Source: a virus (lineage: Duplodnaviria > Caudoviricetes). From it: a DNA stretch of 64,000 nucleotides. Under the pieces are notes generated by a model that was given only the letters and a program-made list of their open reading frames with translations, did not search any database and was not told the origin of the DNA. Both the position numbers and the translations under genes were made by a program. Location: IMG/VR virus record IMGVR_UViG_3300028805_000096, positions 13,337-77,336 of that record; one strand, given 5' to 3'. Below, in pieces: positions 47,759-60,847 of this stretch; position 1 is the stretch's first letter, and each line of letters opens with the position of its first letter.

Positions 47759-47777
47759 GTTTTATGTTGAATTTTGG

Positions 47778-50330
47778 TTAAAAGTTCATCACAGGTTTGA
47801 TTACAGTTCCTGTATTATTATTGGCTTGGTATGCTCATTGGCTACTGAAGTTTGATTTACTCATCTCTGGGATAGCTGGTCAGTTGGTTATGGTCCTTAC
47901 TTGCTCTGCCAAGATATCTATTGCAGATCTTGATTTTTCATCTAATCCCTCTTTTTTTAAGTATCTCATGAGCTCTTGTTTATTTGCTCGGAAGTCATAT
48001 GGATTACCCTTTACGCTTTCGTATGCCTTGAGTAGTTCTGTGTATGTTGTTGGTCAGATTACGTCTGCGTATTTTGTATTTATCGTTGTTAACATTCCAT
48101 CTAATGCTCAGTTTATGATTGCAGTGTTAAGTTCTTTACTATTCTTTGTGCTAGGGAAGATTGATTGATATTCTTTGGTTTCTTTTTCAGAGAATCATGC
48201 ACCTGTAATAGCTTTCCTATAATTAATGATAGCTGTATTTATTTGAGTTGCAAGAGCTCTAAGTTTTGGATCTTTTACTTCTCCTATCTTTTCTGCCACA
48301 TCTTCTTCTAGTCCTGCAAATAGTGATGTTTCTCATCCCATTTTTTCATATTGGTCTAATGCTATTTGAATAGATGCAAGTTGTCCTAGTGCGTTTTGTG
48401 CTGCATTAAGTTGGTTCTTTTCGTCTTGTCCAAGTCATGATACTGATTTTGAAAGGATATACTCCAATGCACCATCATAGTTTCAGGAATCCACAAATTT
48501 CTTCACATTATCTGTGAATTGTCATTGGAATGCTACGGATCGGTTTGGATTTACTGCTAAATCTGCTGCAGTCGTAAATGCAGTATTTGCTTCTTGATTA
48601 GATGTTCCAGGAGTAGTTTGCTCTGCTGTTCAAGGAGTATAATATCATGTCACATCTGATAGCTTATATGTAGTGTATCCTAATCCCATTTTGTTTGAAC
48701 CGTTACTATCGAGCAATGTTACAGTTCATTTTTTTGGATCTATGCTTACTACTATTCCTGTATGTCAGTATTTTTTTGTATTTCATGTTGCTCGGCTTTG
48801 TGTTCAGTCGAAGTATGCTATAGCTCATTCTGTAGGATATTTAGCTGTAGCGTAAGGTGCAAGGTCTTTTGCTTGGCTTATCTTTAAATTAGAACCTAAG
48901 AATCATAGATATTCATTTACTGGTTCTCCGCACCATCATTGTCTGATTGCTCATCCACTTGCTATTAGGTCTTTATATGTTGTTACAAAGTTGTTGTATG
49001 CGGTTTGAACATTGGCTGTTCCTCATCATGTGAGTTCTGATACATCATATCCATAGTTCGCTGCGATGAAGTTTTGCATAGCTTTTTGTCTTTCATTTGC
49101 ATCTTCTATTCCTTGTATATATTTTAATACAGCGTCAGACATTGCTGTTGATGTACTTCCTTGGAGTTTTGATAGAGCTTTCAAGTTATCCTCTGCTGTT
49201 AATATCTTGTTATCTATCTCTTGGAATTGTTGCAATACTGAAAGTTGTATAGATTTCACAGCATCGTCAAAATCTTCTCATAGTCTTTGTATGTTTGTAT
49301 TGTAATCTTGTATTGCTCTTATGTATGAAGCTCTTTGTTTTAGAGATGAGTATATGTAGTTATTTTCTAAGTCGTCCATGTTTTGTTGGTATCCTTTTTC
49401 TACTCTCTGAATCATATATTCTGATCCGCTTCTGTCTGCTATTGCACTCCCTACGCTTGCTGCTCGTTTTTCGTCGAACATACTTCTTTTTAGTGTTTGC
49501 ATTGCAGAATTAAATTGAGCGTCTAGGTTTGTTTTGGCTAGGTTATAATCTTCCATAGTTCTTTGGAGGTTTATATCGTAGTCTTCTTCTGCTCTGAAGA
49601 AGTCTTTTAGTTGTTCTTGTGCGAATTCTTCTCCTATGGATACAAGCTCGCTTGCTTTACCTTGTTGTATTTTTCTTACAACTTCCTGGTCTACTCAAAG
49701 CTGGTTTGCTATTGTTGCAGTATCATATATTCATGCTGTGTATGCTTTTTGTATCTCTTTGATTAGGTTGTTTATATCTGCTACGTTTGTGCTTCCTGTA
49801 GTGTATTGATAGTTTTCACTTGCGAGTTTTAATGATCCCAGACCTTTTATGCTATCATTGAGTTGAGATACTGCTTTTTGGAATGTTGCGTCTGCGTTTG
49901 TATCGTCTATCTTTGGTTCGTACATATCAAAATTACCTTTTGCTTTAAGGTCCAAAGTAGAGTTTGGAGTAGTGGTTGTTGCCTTTGTTGGTTCTACTAT
50001 TCAATTTTTATTGTTCTCGGAAGTGTTAGAAAGGATTTCTAGCATATTATTATAATCTACACTTCATTGTCATTGATTTTGACCTAGAGCGTATTCTTCT
50101 CTCCTTGTTGCGTTGTTTGTACTAGGAGAAGATGGATTCGCTCCATCTATTTTTGCACTACCACCATTCATTGTTTTGCTTGGCTGTGCATTTGCTGTGG
50201 CTTCACTAGTATTTGGTGCTATAGTACCTCATTTATTTCCTCAATATACGATGTCTTCGTGTCAGAGGTATTTTCAGTTTTTATCATAGACTATACCATC
50301 TTTTACTGTGTGTCAATATTGGTTTGCCAT
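47778..50330 (-). CDS. Virion/ejection protein with CHAP-like domain (850 aa)
   Basis: GWCGEPVNEYL...GAIAYFDGTQSWAT...YGHTGIVV...LLDSN. Homolog of 2-1525. Confidence 0.8.
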
Positions 50331-50334
50331 TTGT

Positions 50335-52143
50335 TTAGAATTTATCGGATAAATCGAAGTTTCCTACAGGTGTTGCACGTATTGCCAATCCTGAAAGGTA
50401 AAGGTCTGCACCTGGTGTCTCAGACTTTATTTGTACTCTTATTCTCTTTCCCTTTCTCCTTACCATTGCTTGGTCTAGGACTAAGTCTATTGGGAATAGT
50501 AAATTGTTATATTCGTTTACTACGTCTCTGTCAGTTGGATCGTATTCTGGTATTTCTGGTCCTCATACTTCTATTTGTAGTCTCTGGTATGTATCGTATA
50601 TTTGCTGTCGGTTTACTTTCTTATTGCAGATTTGTTTTCCGTCCACATAAACATTTACTTCGAATAGAGCTGTATTTCATTCGTATATTTGCTCTGTGTT
50701 TCCTGTGTGGATGTTTATTGCTCATGTGAGTCTTACTCCGTTGAACAGTTTCCGCTCTGCGACTTCTCATAGTGCCATGTTAACGGTATTGTATTCGAAT
50801 GCAATTGGATTTACTGTTATCTCGTCATCGTCTTCGTCATATTGTGAGTCATATTTTGCGTCACTCTGATAGAAGAATGTTTTTGGTCAGTTCCATCATC
50901 CTCCTCCTGCTACTACGTGAGCTGTCCCGCTTCTTTCTTCTCCTACTCATCCGTCTGCTGTCCAGTCCCAGTCGTAGTTTTCCATAGAGGCGAAACTTTT
51001 CCCATCATCTATTAGCCATTGTTGGTGTTGGAGGTCTCGGATTAGCACTATATCGTTTTTCTGTACCGCTTTCTTTGACATAAGGTGGAATTCTACTGTA
51101 TCGTCTTGTTTGTTGAAGAAAGCGAATCCGTATGGTTGTTTATCTGCTATGTTATTATCTATCCATTTTTGGATTCCGAAGTGTGTATCTGAAATGTCTG
51201 CGATTTGTGGATCGTAGATTCATGATGTATATCATAATGTTCTTATGTGTTTATCTGCACAGAAGAAGAACACGAAGTTACCTGCTGCTACGCATAGGTT
51301 TTTACCTATTAGTCTATTTCCTGCTGCAAGAGGTAGTGTTCTTAGTGTTTTATTTGTTGCGTATTCTGATAGTAGGTTTCTATCTAGGTATTGCACGCTG
51401 TCCTGACAGAATATGTATAGGTTTTGTTGTGTTGATACCATTGCCTGTACAGCTGATGGACATATTATCTTGTATGGGATGAGGAGATTATCCGCATCTC
51501 TTCTGGCTGAAAAATCTCTAGCGTTCTTTCGCCAGTCTTTAGTGTCCCTATTTATCTCATGTGATAATATAACTCTGTTTGTTGCTTTTAGGTCAGTATT
51601 TATTTCGTTTAAGAATACAAACCCCGAATAGTATACTCCATGTGTTGACATGAAGTTTGTATTTGGAGTTTGTCATCCATCTCTTGATGGCATACATTCG
51701 TTTGGTAGAGGAATTAGTCAATCTCATTCTCTATACCAATATGGTCTTCTTCCTTTTGTTAGGATTAGGAGACATTCCCCTATTGCCACGAGGTCGTAGT
51801 CTGAATAGTTGTCTGATATGAATGTGGATACAAGTCATAGGTCTACAGCACCAGATGGGAGAAGTTTGAATAGGTGGAGATTCCATCATCCGTCGTTTCA
51901 TATAACTAGTGCATATAGGTTATTTTCTGTTGCTTTGAGTTTTATTATCTCTCCTATTTCTCATATTGAAGTGTAGACTCTGAATCAGTCTCTCATTATG
52001 ATTGCCTGATTCTCTAGTCTACAGTTTCTGAGGTAATTGGAATAAGATGTGGGTGTGAATACTTGGTTGTATCCTGCCACAAATCCTTTAGTGAAAGCTT
52101 CACTTATTGTTACGTATCAGCTGTTATTGAATCAGTTTGCCAT
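50335..52143 (-). CDS. Tail/DNA-stabilisation protein (P22 gp10-like position, 602 aa)
   Basis: Continuous ORF with TGA=G, beta-rich, between the adaptor and ejection genes. Confidence 0.65.
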
Positions 52144-53042
52144 TAGATTATTGGTGCTTTACGTTGTAAATTTCTATTCCATCCCATTTCTTGTCTGAAT
52201 CCTTTATTTGTATTTGCATATTTATCGTAGAATAGGATCAGATTTCCGTATCATTCGTTTAGTTTCATTGCTGCGTCATCTGTTCTCTCTGTTTCGTATA
52301 GGAGTTCTCCTGCTACTAATACTGCCAACATATCCAAGTCCCATCTCTCGTCAGGGATTACTGTCTTATCTGTTAGGTTCTTCAATGTTTCTATTTTCTT
52401 GAAGTAATTGAGTTTGAAAGTCTTTAGGTATCGTGCGTCGTATGATACGATCCTTATTAGACTTATTCCGTTCTTGTACAGTATTGTCCAGTATTGTTGG
52501 AAATCTGTTGGATATCTATAGTCTGCGTATATCATCTCCATTTCGTTGTTATCTGTGACAGCGAATAGTTGATATGTTGCTTCAGCTTCGTCAGGGATTT
52601 TGTATAGGAATTCTATTACTGTTCCCTGCTCTACTGGGATTGTTAAGTCTTCGTCTATTGTTAGCCATTGCTCTGTATCTGTTCCGTTGAGTGTGAATTT
52701 GTAAACTGTTCCTTTTACAAGACATCGTCCCTTTGTAGGAACGTCTTTTTTGCTTGCTATATACAGTCTCCTGTCTCACTCTTCGGCTGGTTTACAGACT
52801 ATCTTTTCAGGTCTCCTGTTGAAAGAGTATGTTCCACGTAGGAATTGGAGGTCTCCTCCTTTTATGTTTGGAGCGTATTGGCTTTTTTCCAATACTACGT
52901 CGAACTTCCTGTCTGATAGTACCCTGTGCATTACGCTATTTATCTTTGGTACTACTCTTCCCCATGTGGAGTAGGTTGTATTATCTGAATCTACTGACAT
53001 GAGGTCATAGACTTTATTGATTATTTCATTTAGTTGTAGCAT
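52143..53042 (-). CDS. Head-to-tail adaptor-like protein (299 aa)
   Basis: LQLNEIINKVYDLMS N-terminus, TVIPD...LAVLVAGELL C-terminus. Confidence 0.65.
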
Positions 53043-53049
53043 GTTTATA

Positions 53050-53970
53050 TTATTTAAGAGGTAATTCTTCATTTATTTCAGGATATGCTGTCCTGTAAGC
53101 TTGGCTTAGTTTTACTATTGCTTCTTTTACTGCAGCTGGTTCTTTATCGTATTGTTTTTTGAGTGCGTTTAGTACAACTACAGCTACGTTTTTTCTTTTT
53201 AAGTATTCTGGATCTTTCTTTGCTTGTTCTTTTTTGAATAGTGGTCGGTATCTCCAGTTGAACATTCAAGAGCATAATTTCAAGTCTGAATATGACACGT
53301 AGAATCTACTTTTGTATCATTTACCGTCGTTTGTTCTTCGGCTATTTACGAACCGTAAGCCTCATGTGTCCCATCATACTAGACAGATTGCATGTCCTCC
53401 TGTTCTTTTGTCTGCTTCTATGTATGTTTTTAGTTGTCCATTTGTTAATTCATTCCATGTAGTTTTATTTCATCTCAAGCACCATGCTATTGGACATCCT
53501 GCGTAGAGGTAGCGTTTCATCTTATCTATATCTCTATCCATTCAGCTCCATGAATCATAACTATATCCATCGAACTTTGCATAGTCTCATTCTACTGTTG
53601 CTATTCCTAGCTTTAATGCTGTATTGATTGCTTTTTCTACGTAATCTCCACTATCGTTTTTATCGTCTAGGTCATGTCACATTTTTCCCCACAAGTCTTT
53701 TCGATCTGGAGTTACGATATTCTCCTTTGTTGGCTCTACTCCTTTATCTTTTACTGCGAGTACCTGTACTCCGTGACTTGTTGCGTTAGCTGTACAGCTT
53801 CCCCAACCGTTCTGATAGTTTGTTTTCCATATCCATTTTCACAATGAAAATGATTTAGGAAGTTCTACTGTTAGGTCTAGCTTGATGACTTCTTCTGCTT
53901 TGAAGTCTCTTTCGTCCATCATGTCCTCTGATAGAGTTAGGCATCCTGGATCTTCTCTGATTTCTGACAT
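53050..53970 (-). CDS. Papain-like (C1) cysteine peptidase (phage B)
   Basis: YQNGWGSCTANA, GGHAICLVGWD, L[CGG]FVNS[CGA] = LWFVNSW. Confidence 0.85.
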
Positions 53971-54050
53971 TTTTTTATAAGGTTTAAATCTAAAGTCCCT
54001 TAGGGTTGATTTTATTGGCATTTTGTCTTTATATTTTATATAAAGTTGCT

Positions 54051-54218
54051 CTATGAAGTCTTCTCTGTTTCGTGAGTATCCTTTCATAGTCTTTCTTGGT
54101 TTTGCTCAAATAAACAAAGATTCTCAAATAAGCACCTATAACAACTTTCTATTGCTAATCTGTATCTGCATTCAGATTTTTCTTTTCAGTATCTGTAGTT
54201 TTTTTCTTTTTCTTTCAT
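54051..54218 (-). CDS. Small four-Cys protein
   Basis: SECRYRLAIESCYRCLFENLCLFEQNQERLG. Homolog of 11075-11239. Confidence 0.6.
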
Positions 54219-54550
54219 TTTAGTAGTTCTGGAATATAGAATAAATCGTCATCTGTTTTGTATAGTACTGTTTCCATTATTTCCCTTACTCCAGGCGTGA
54301 GTACTTGTTTGCACATTTCATAGAGCTTTTGCATTGCTTCTCTTGGGTTTTGTTTGTCTTTTACGAAATTGTTATAGTCAATATGGTCTTTTCTTGGTAT
54401 CCTTATCTTATTCTGGTCTATGTTTACGTTATATTGTGCTTTGTACTTCTGACCTAGTATGTGGTGGATATCAGTTGCTGTCTTGTCTATTATTAAATTC
54501 AATTTATATTTCTTACCATCTTTTTCAATGATTTTATCACTCCTTTCCAT
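54215..54550 (-). CDS. HNH-like small protein
   Basis: TDIHHILG...NKIRIPRKDH. Counterpart of 10785-11099. Confidence 0.65.
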   Translation of the reverse strand: MERSDKIIEKDGKKYKLNLIIDKTATDIHHILGQKYKAQYNVNIDQNKIRIPRKDHIDYNNFVKDKQNPREAMQKLYEMCKQVLTPGVREIMETVLYKTDDDLFYIPELLK

Positions 54551-54737
54551 CTTTGACTTTCATTAAAGTTAAAGCTGATAATGCATCGTCTTTATTATAA
54601 AATGTTCTTGCGGTTGATTTATGGACTCCTCGGAGGTCGTTTGCGTGTAGGAATTGGATTAGTAGTATACTTCCTACGTATTTTTTTCTGTAGATTCAGT
54701 ATCCCAGGTTTGTTTTGTATATTTTGTATTCCCACAT
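54534..54737 (-). CDS. Hypothetical protein
   Basis: 67-aa ORF with TGA=G. Confidence 0.55.
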
Positions 54738-54749
54738 TTTTATTATTGG

Positions 54750-54974
54750 TTATTTGCTAAATTCTTTTAAAGCCATTAAGAATTCTTTTTGTTGCTGGTT
54801 GATAGTTTCATTGTATTTGTCTATCAGTCAGTCCATGCTGTTTACATAGAATATTACTATTCATACAATGCTGATTAAAGCACATATCATGATGGCTAGG
54901 AATGTCCCTCTCTCGCTTGATGTTAGTTTTTGGAGTACATTTCCTGTTTCTTGTATTGTTCCCTTATCTACCAT
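54750..54974 (-). CDS. Small TM plus coiled-coil protein
   Basis: One hydrophobic helix, 74 aa. Confidence 0.6.
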
Positions 54975-54995
54975 TTTTTCTTGTATAGAATAAAT

Positions 54996-55046
54996 AAAAA
55001 ACAAGCGAGCAAAATCACCAATATTCGTATTGTGTTCTCGCTTGTT
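54996..55046 (-). terminator. Intrinsic terminator after the capsid block
   Basis: AACAAGCGAG...CTCGCTTGTT-TTTT on the - strand. Confidence 0.65.
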
Positions 55047-55068
55047 GCCATGGTTGTATCTTTAAGAT

Positions 55069-55617
55069 CTAAAGAAGTTTTTTCTTGATCCATTCGATAT
55101 TGTTTTTATAACCAGTTGCTACTGCTTTACCGAATTTCTCAAAGTATTTTTGCCTTAGAGTCTCGATATCATCTTCAGTATTTGAAACTTCATCTTTTTT
55201 GTTTTCTTCAGGTTCTGAACTGTCGTTTTCGTCAGAAGATGCATTTTCATTTTGAATAGGATTTTGGATTTCGTCATCGTCTTCCTTTTGGAGTTCATCG
55301 TCTATTACGACGTTTTCATCTCCTAGTTCTTTTGTGAATCCTAAGAATTCCTTGATTCTAAGTATTTCCTTTTTTAATTGGAAGTACTTCTTGTATTCTG
55401 TAGCGTATACAATTCCTCTATCGTTTAATATCTTATTGTATTTCTCCTTATCGAATACATTGCTCTCAATTCCATACTTTCACGCTAGTATGAGAGCTTC
55501 TCTTTTATACCTGAATAGGTTTGTGTACTCTTCGGCTTTTTTGTTGAGTCAGCTTGCTAGATATGTTTCTTTTTGATCTAGGGAGAACTCAAGTTGTACA
55601 TTTTCGTTATATGCCAT
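55069..55617 (-). CDS. Head-associated hypothetical protein with acidic linker
   Basis: 182 aa ending LRQKYFEKFGKAVATGYKNNIEWIKKKL. Confidence 0.7.
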
Positions 55618-55698
55618 TTGTCATATAGGTTGGAAAATAAATCTATGTCCTGGGACATATATTGGAGGCGTGAATCTCTCCACGTCTCCTTATATGCT

Positions 55699-56874
55699 CT
55701 AGGCAATTGTTGTTCCGTCTCACTTTGATCCCCAAAGTCCGAGTGATGCAACTCTTGAGAATTCGAAGGCATAGTCTCCGATAATCTTCATGTTTGCATT
55801 GTCAGTGTTGTTGTCGATCCAAGTTTTCAATCCGAATCCAGATCCGTTCAAATTAGCCATTTGAAGAGATTTAGTTTGATTGATGAATCTTGTATTTCTA
55901 ACGAACCAGTTAGTTGTATTACCAACTGATACACCGTCTTCATTTGTCCATCCGAAGATTGACATAGGGATAACTCTAACTTTATATCCTCTCCATGAGA
56001 ATACATTTCTTTGAGCAGAGTTTCCGTTAGCGTCTGCACTCTTTCCATTGAATTCGTAAGGAACCCATCTTGAGTCTACGTTAAGGATCTTTCCTGCTTC
56101 AGCCTCTAACTCGATAGGTACGATTAAGTCGTATACTCCATCTAAGTTATCAACTTTCATTCAGTTCTGAAGAACTGGTCCTTGTAATCCATCTTGTAAT
56201 GTTCCTTTCAAAGCCTTAATTGCGTGCAATAATGCTTCTTCAGAGAATACTGGGTGGATTATGTTTCCATTCACTTTCATTCCACAGTTAGCATATTCTG
56301 CTGTACCGTCTTTGAATGGGTGGTGAATAGAGAATAATGGTTCTCCATCTTCTCCAGTTCCAGCTGGTCCATTTATTTGAGTAGCTGAGAATCCTCTAGT
56401 ATATAATGAAGCTCCAAGCTCTAGTAATTTTCTGATTCCAGATCTTACTAATCCAGTAGAACTTTCTTTGATGTGACGTAAGTATTGAATTCCTGTAGTA
56501 TCGTTAGGGATATTAGATAATTCTCTACTTGTCTGTAACCATTGAGTAAGTAATCTTGTATATACAACTTTACCTCCCCAAGTGTGGAATTGATATCCTT
56601 TGTTTGCTCATTTAGCAACGTGGATATCTGGAGCGATTCCTGATTCTGGAATTTCTTTGATGTCTCCGAACTCTCCAGCTGATGAGAATCTCTCTGTTGG
56701 TGAGTATACAGTTTTTGGAGACAATGCAAGTTTGCTCAATTCTCCAGCTAGGTCGTATCCGTGAAGTTCTTCTTCCATTACGTGAGTCAATAATGGATTC
56801 AATAACTTATGACCTCATCCGAAGAAACTTATCTGTGTATTGAAGTCTACACCTCATGTTAATTGGTAAGCCAT
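55699..56874 (-). CDS. Major capsid protein (391 aa)
   Basis: Follows the scaffold and decoration genes. DGEPLFSIHHP, LIVPIELE; strongly biased codons with few TGA. Confidence 0.8.
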
Positions 56875-56900
56875 GTTTGTTTCCTATAAAAGATATAAAA

Positions 56901-57341
56901 TTATTCTACACCTAAATCAGCATCTGTAATGTATCTCTCGAATTCGAATTCTCCAACTCTTGGTCCGAGTACAGCGATTAATCTCCACTGTTTCTTTTCT
57001 CATGTAGCTGATACTTGATATCCACCGTTAGTAGTAGCTTTGATTCCGTAGAATGTTCCTACGTTGTCTTCGTCTAGGTCGAAGTCAGTTTCTACTGAAT
57101 ATGTATCTCCTACTCTTGGTTGACGTACGATTACGTTGAAAGCGTATTCGCTCGATCCACGAGTTTCCTCACAGATTCCGAATACAGGTTCATCTACGTC
57201 TTCAACTGGTGATACAACTCCCTCTACTATCTTTAGAGCCTGTCCTTGGTAGTAGTCTTTAGTTTCATCTGCTTTGAAAAGCTGATTTACCTGATTGTCA
57301 TCCACCTGTCTGCATTGTTTAATTTTTGATACGTGAGCCAT
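56901..57341 (-). CDS. Capsid decoration-like protein
   Basis: 146 aa between scaffold and capsid: GQALKIVEG...VFGICEE. Confidence 0.65.
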
Positions 57342-57366
57342 GATTATGGATTGTTTTGATATAAAA

Positions 57367-58029
57367 TTATAAGGCATCAAATGCTTTTATGGTTTCTTCT
57401 GATATTCCTTGCTGTGTAGCAGGAGCTCATTGTCCACCAGGATGTCACATTTGATTGTTTACAACAGAGTCTACAAGATGATCCTTTTTTCGTTCTGAGC
57501 ATGCATATCAGAACAAGGCATCGATTTGCTCGTCTTTAGCACCTACGAGTAGGTCGTTGGCTTTCTTTTCGAATGCTGCCTTTTCGTCTTCGTTGTCCCA
57601 TTCTACTTCACTATTGAACTTTTCGAATAGTCCAGCGATGTGCTGCTGTCTTGCTTCTTGAGCCTGTTTTGCTTGATATTCTCTAATGATCTGTTCTCTG
57701 TCTAGGTTTAAAGGTGGGAATTCAAGTTGAACCTCTTTCTTACTAGACTCGAAGAAATCCTTTCCGAGAGTATCGTACACGTCTCTAGCCATTTCCATGT
57801 CTTCATCTTTCAGCTGAGTGATGAATTCTGGGTTTCTGACGACTTTTGCTAGGTTAGCTTTGAACGAAGATGCTCTTTGTTCTTTTGCTTCTGCTTCAGT
57901 CTTGAGCTGTGTAATCTTTTTTTGAAATCCCCTTTCCTGATTTGCTCTTAGATTTCTGTCGTAAGTTTTGAATTCTTCCGTCTCCATCCAAGCAGGAGTT
58001 TGGGCTTTTTCGGTTGTTTTCTCTTTCAT
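57367..58029 (-). CDS. Scaffolding protein
   Basis: Charged coiled-coil, 220 aa, upstream of the capsid block. Confidence 0.7.
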
Positions 58030-58455
58030 TGGTATAATGAGGTTAGATAAAACGTAGTTAATTGTAATGTATATCTTATTTTTTGGATTTCAATACATTT
58101 TTTATAGTGTAAATTAGCACTTGTATTTTATTTTGTTTTATATACCGTTTTGAGTGACAGGATTTATTATCCCAATACCAAGTTTGGAGGTCTTCGGTAT
58201 TCATGGACTCAACTCAGCGGGAACTTCATTTGACGCATGTTGTAATATGCAGTACTAGTTAGCATGTTAGTGGTCTGGTCAATATCCCCCTTTATAGCAG
58301 ATTGCGACTAGTGCAATTTACACATTTTTTGTTTGGAGGTTTTATTATGTGTAAATTCACAATCTGCTATGAAGGAGGTTTTGACTCCAGACTAACTAAC
58401 GTGTTCTTATTTTCAGCATATTCCTTTCCTACCACCAAACATACAGTGTGTAAGT

Positions 58456-58839
58456 CTATGGGAGAGTACGCACTTCTGGTTCATCTCATCGTTCAACGGA
58501 CTCGTCAATTTGTGGAGTCCGTTTTTTTGGTGGTCTTTTTTTCCTTGTTAGCTTTCTTCTATGCGTCATTTTCTTGTATTCTTCGTGTCTTGATTTCCAT
58601 GTACTTCAGAGCTCTCAACTATTGAACTCTATTTTTCGTTCTATGTATTCTCTTACGGCATATGGGTTTCTTAGGGATAGTTTCATTTTTACGAACTGTC
58701 TTGCGACCGTTGTTTCTTCTATATCGAATAGGATTGCAAGCAGTCTTTTATGGATTGTGGCGACCTTTGTGGGTGATATCTTATTCTTCACTCCCTTTGG
58801 TCTACTCAGGAGTTTCCCGTTTGGTAGTGTATATGCCAT
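58456..58839 (-). CDS. Basic hypothetical protein
   Basis: Track ORF extended through TGA to TAG 58456. Confidence 0.55.
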
Positions 58840-58849
58840 TTTTATTATA

Positions 58850-59218
58850 TTATGCTGCTAAAAGCTTGTTGTTTGTTTCTTCTAGTCCAGATTTTATTTG
58901 TCCTTTGTCTCTGTATATTGGATCTGGTCTTTCTACTGCGTATGATTCTATTGTCTTTATGAGTTTGCTTACTTCGATTACTACTCCGTTCCTGTAATTT
59001 TGTGCTGCTTCGTCCATAGGGAAGATTTGCATTGTTTGTTCTATGAACCAGTTCTTGTATAGTGTGAGAATCCTTGCGAATTCTTTTACTGTGTTCTTAT
59101 TCAGGTCTTTTAGTCCTTTGTCGAATGCCTGAATTGATGGAGTTTCTCCGAATTCTACATTGAAGTCTTCTCTGTAGAGTTTCTTTAGAGCTTCAAGCTC
59201 GTTTGTTTTTTCTGCCAT
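58850..59218 (-). CDS. Hypothetical protein
   Basis: 122-aa ORF with a typical leader. Confidence 0.7.
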   Translation of the reverse strand: MAEKTNELEALKKLYREDFNVEFGETPSIQAFDKGLKDLNKNTVKEFARILTLYKNWFIEQTMQIFPMDEAAQNYRNGVVIEVSKLIKTIESYAVERPDPIYRDKGQIKSGLEETNNKLLAA

Positions 59219-59257
59219 TGTTATTATATTATATTGTAAAAGGTGCTTTATACCGTG

Positions 59258-60847
59258 TTAGATAATTATACCGTGTATTGTTTGTTGGAGTTCCTGGTAT
59301 TTATTCGTTACAGGTTCTCCTGGCTCTGTTTTTTGCACATACTCAGTGGTCTGACCTGGATAACTCTTCGGAATATTCCTCCATATCTCCACTACTTGAG
59401 CTAGTGCGTCCACTACGTCGACTTTCTCTGAGTTAGGGAACTCTAGTATTTGTGTCAGTAGCTTTGTTTTGTAATCAGCTCTTATGTTCTCGTTCAGGTA
59501 TGTCTGTCTTCAGCTGATTGCAGGTTCTAGGTTGTATGTAATTCTATCTAGTTTGTTTCATTTTCCTCTTGGCTTGTAGTGATACAGCCAATCTCTACGT
59601 CCTGTTGCTACCTGTGACTCATTCAGTAGGTTTCGGAACTCGACCATTCATGCGTTGAATTGTCCTACGTCCTCACATCCTATGAATCTCAGGTGGAATC
59701 CCATCGCCTCTCGCCTGTTTATCATCAGGTAGAGATAGTTGATTGCTATTGTCGGTGCGAACGTATCCGCACAGATGTCCAGGATGTATATGTGTCCCGT
59801 GCTGATTCTTCTTCCTGTTAGTATTATTGCTGTGTCACAGCTCTTGGAGTTGGAACTGAGTGCAGGATCTATTCCTATTCCTAGTTCCAGGTCTCTCTTA
59901 CTCTCTTCATTGTCTATGTCGGAGAGTCTTACAGGGATTAGGTCGTCTGGGTTTAGCAGTCCTCCCATTGCTCCTATCGGATCTTGCATGTACAATGCTT
60001 CAAATCCTCTTGGATCTTGCATTTGTATTCTCCTAAGTGAGTTCACGCTGAATCTCTCTGGTCGGAATGATTGCCGTTTGTCCTCATAGTTTCCTGTTCC
60101 TGTATAGTTTGGGTTTTCTATCAGTCATTTAATGTTGAGTAGCTTGAAAGGTTCGTATTCTATTCCCTCAAGCTTCATCTGTTCCTCTAGCTTTTGTATT
60201 CTTCCTACAAGGTCGTCCACATGCCAACGTGTCATGCAGATTATTGTTGCGGATTTATCGTTTTGCTTACGGGTTGATAATACCTGTGTGTACCATTCCC
60301 GTACTTTGTTTCTATATGTTGGAGAGCTTGCCTCCTCTGCGTTCTTTACTACGTCGTCGACTATTAGAACGTTCGCTCATTTTCAGGTTGCGACTCATCC
60401 TACTGAAGTAGCGACGAATTTTCACCCCATTGTGTTTTCCCATTCCTGTGCCTGTGCCTGCGATAGTTTCATTTCTCCGAATATTGCTGCGTGTCTCTCT
60501 GACGTTACGTATCTTTTTGCCTTATTTGAGAACTCTTTGGCTAGGTCTGGAGAATATGACGCAAGCATGAACTGCATTCTTGGGTTTATTCCCATTGCTC
60601 GTGCGGGGAATATCTGTGATACTAGTGCTGACTTTCCTGTTCTTGGTGGCATGGTTATGATCAGGTTCTTTGTTTTTCCGATCATTACCTCTTCTAGTGC
60701 GTTACAGATATCTTCGTGGAATGGTTTCACTGCGAAGCTTCCGAACGGTTCGAATATCCACTGTGCATAACTAAGCAGGTTCGTTTTGCATTGTATCCTC
60801 AACTGGTCAAGTTCCTCCTGTGTCAGTCTGTCCTGTGGTTTCGCCAT
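59258..60847 (-). CDS. terL: Terminase large subunit (529 aa)
   Basis: ITMPPRTGKS, FPAW, LIVDDVVK, CMTRWHVDDL, ALYMQDP, GIDPA, DVVDAL. Confidence 0.93.

Noticed and set aside
53971-54087. N-terminal extension MKGYSRN... of the peptidase
   Set aside because: It overlaps the conserved four-Cys gene. ATG 53970 gives a start comparable to the phage A peptidase, though ATG near 54020 is possible.
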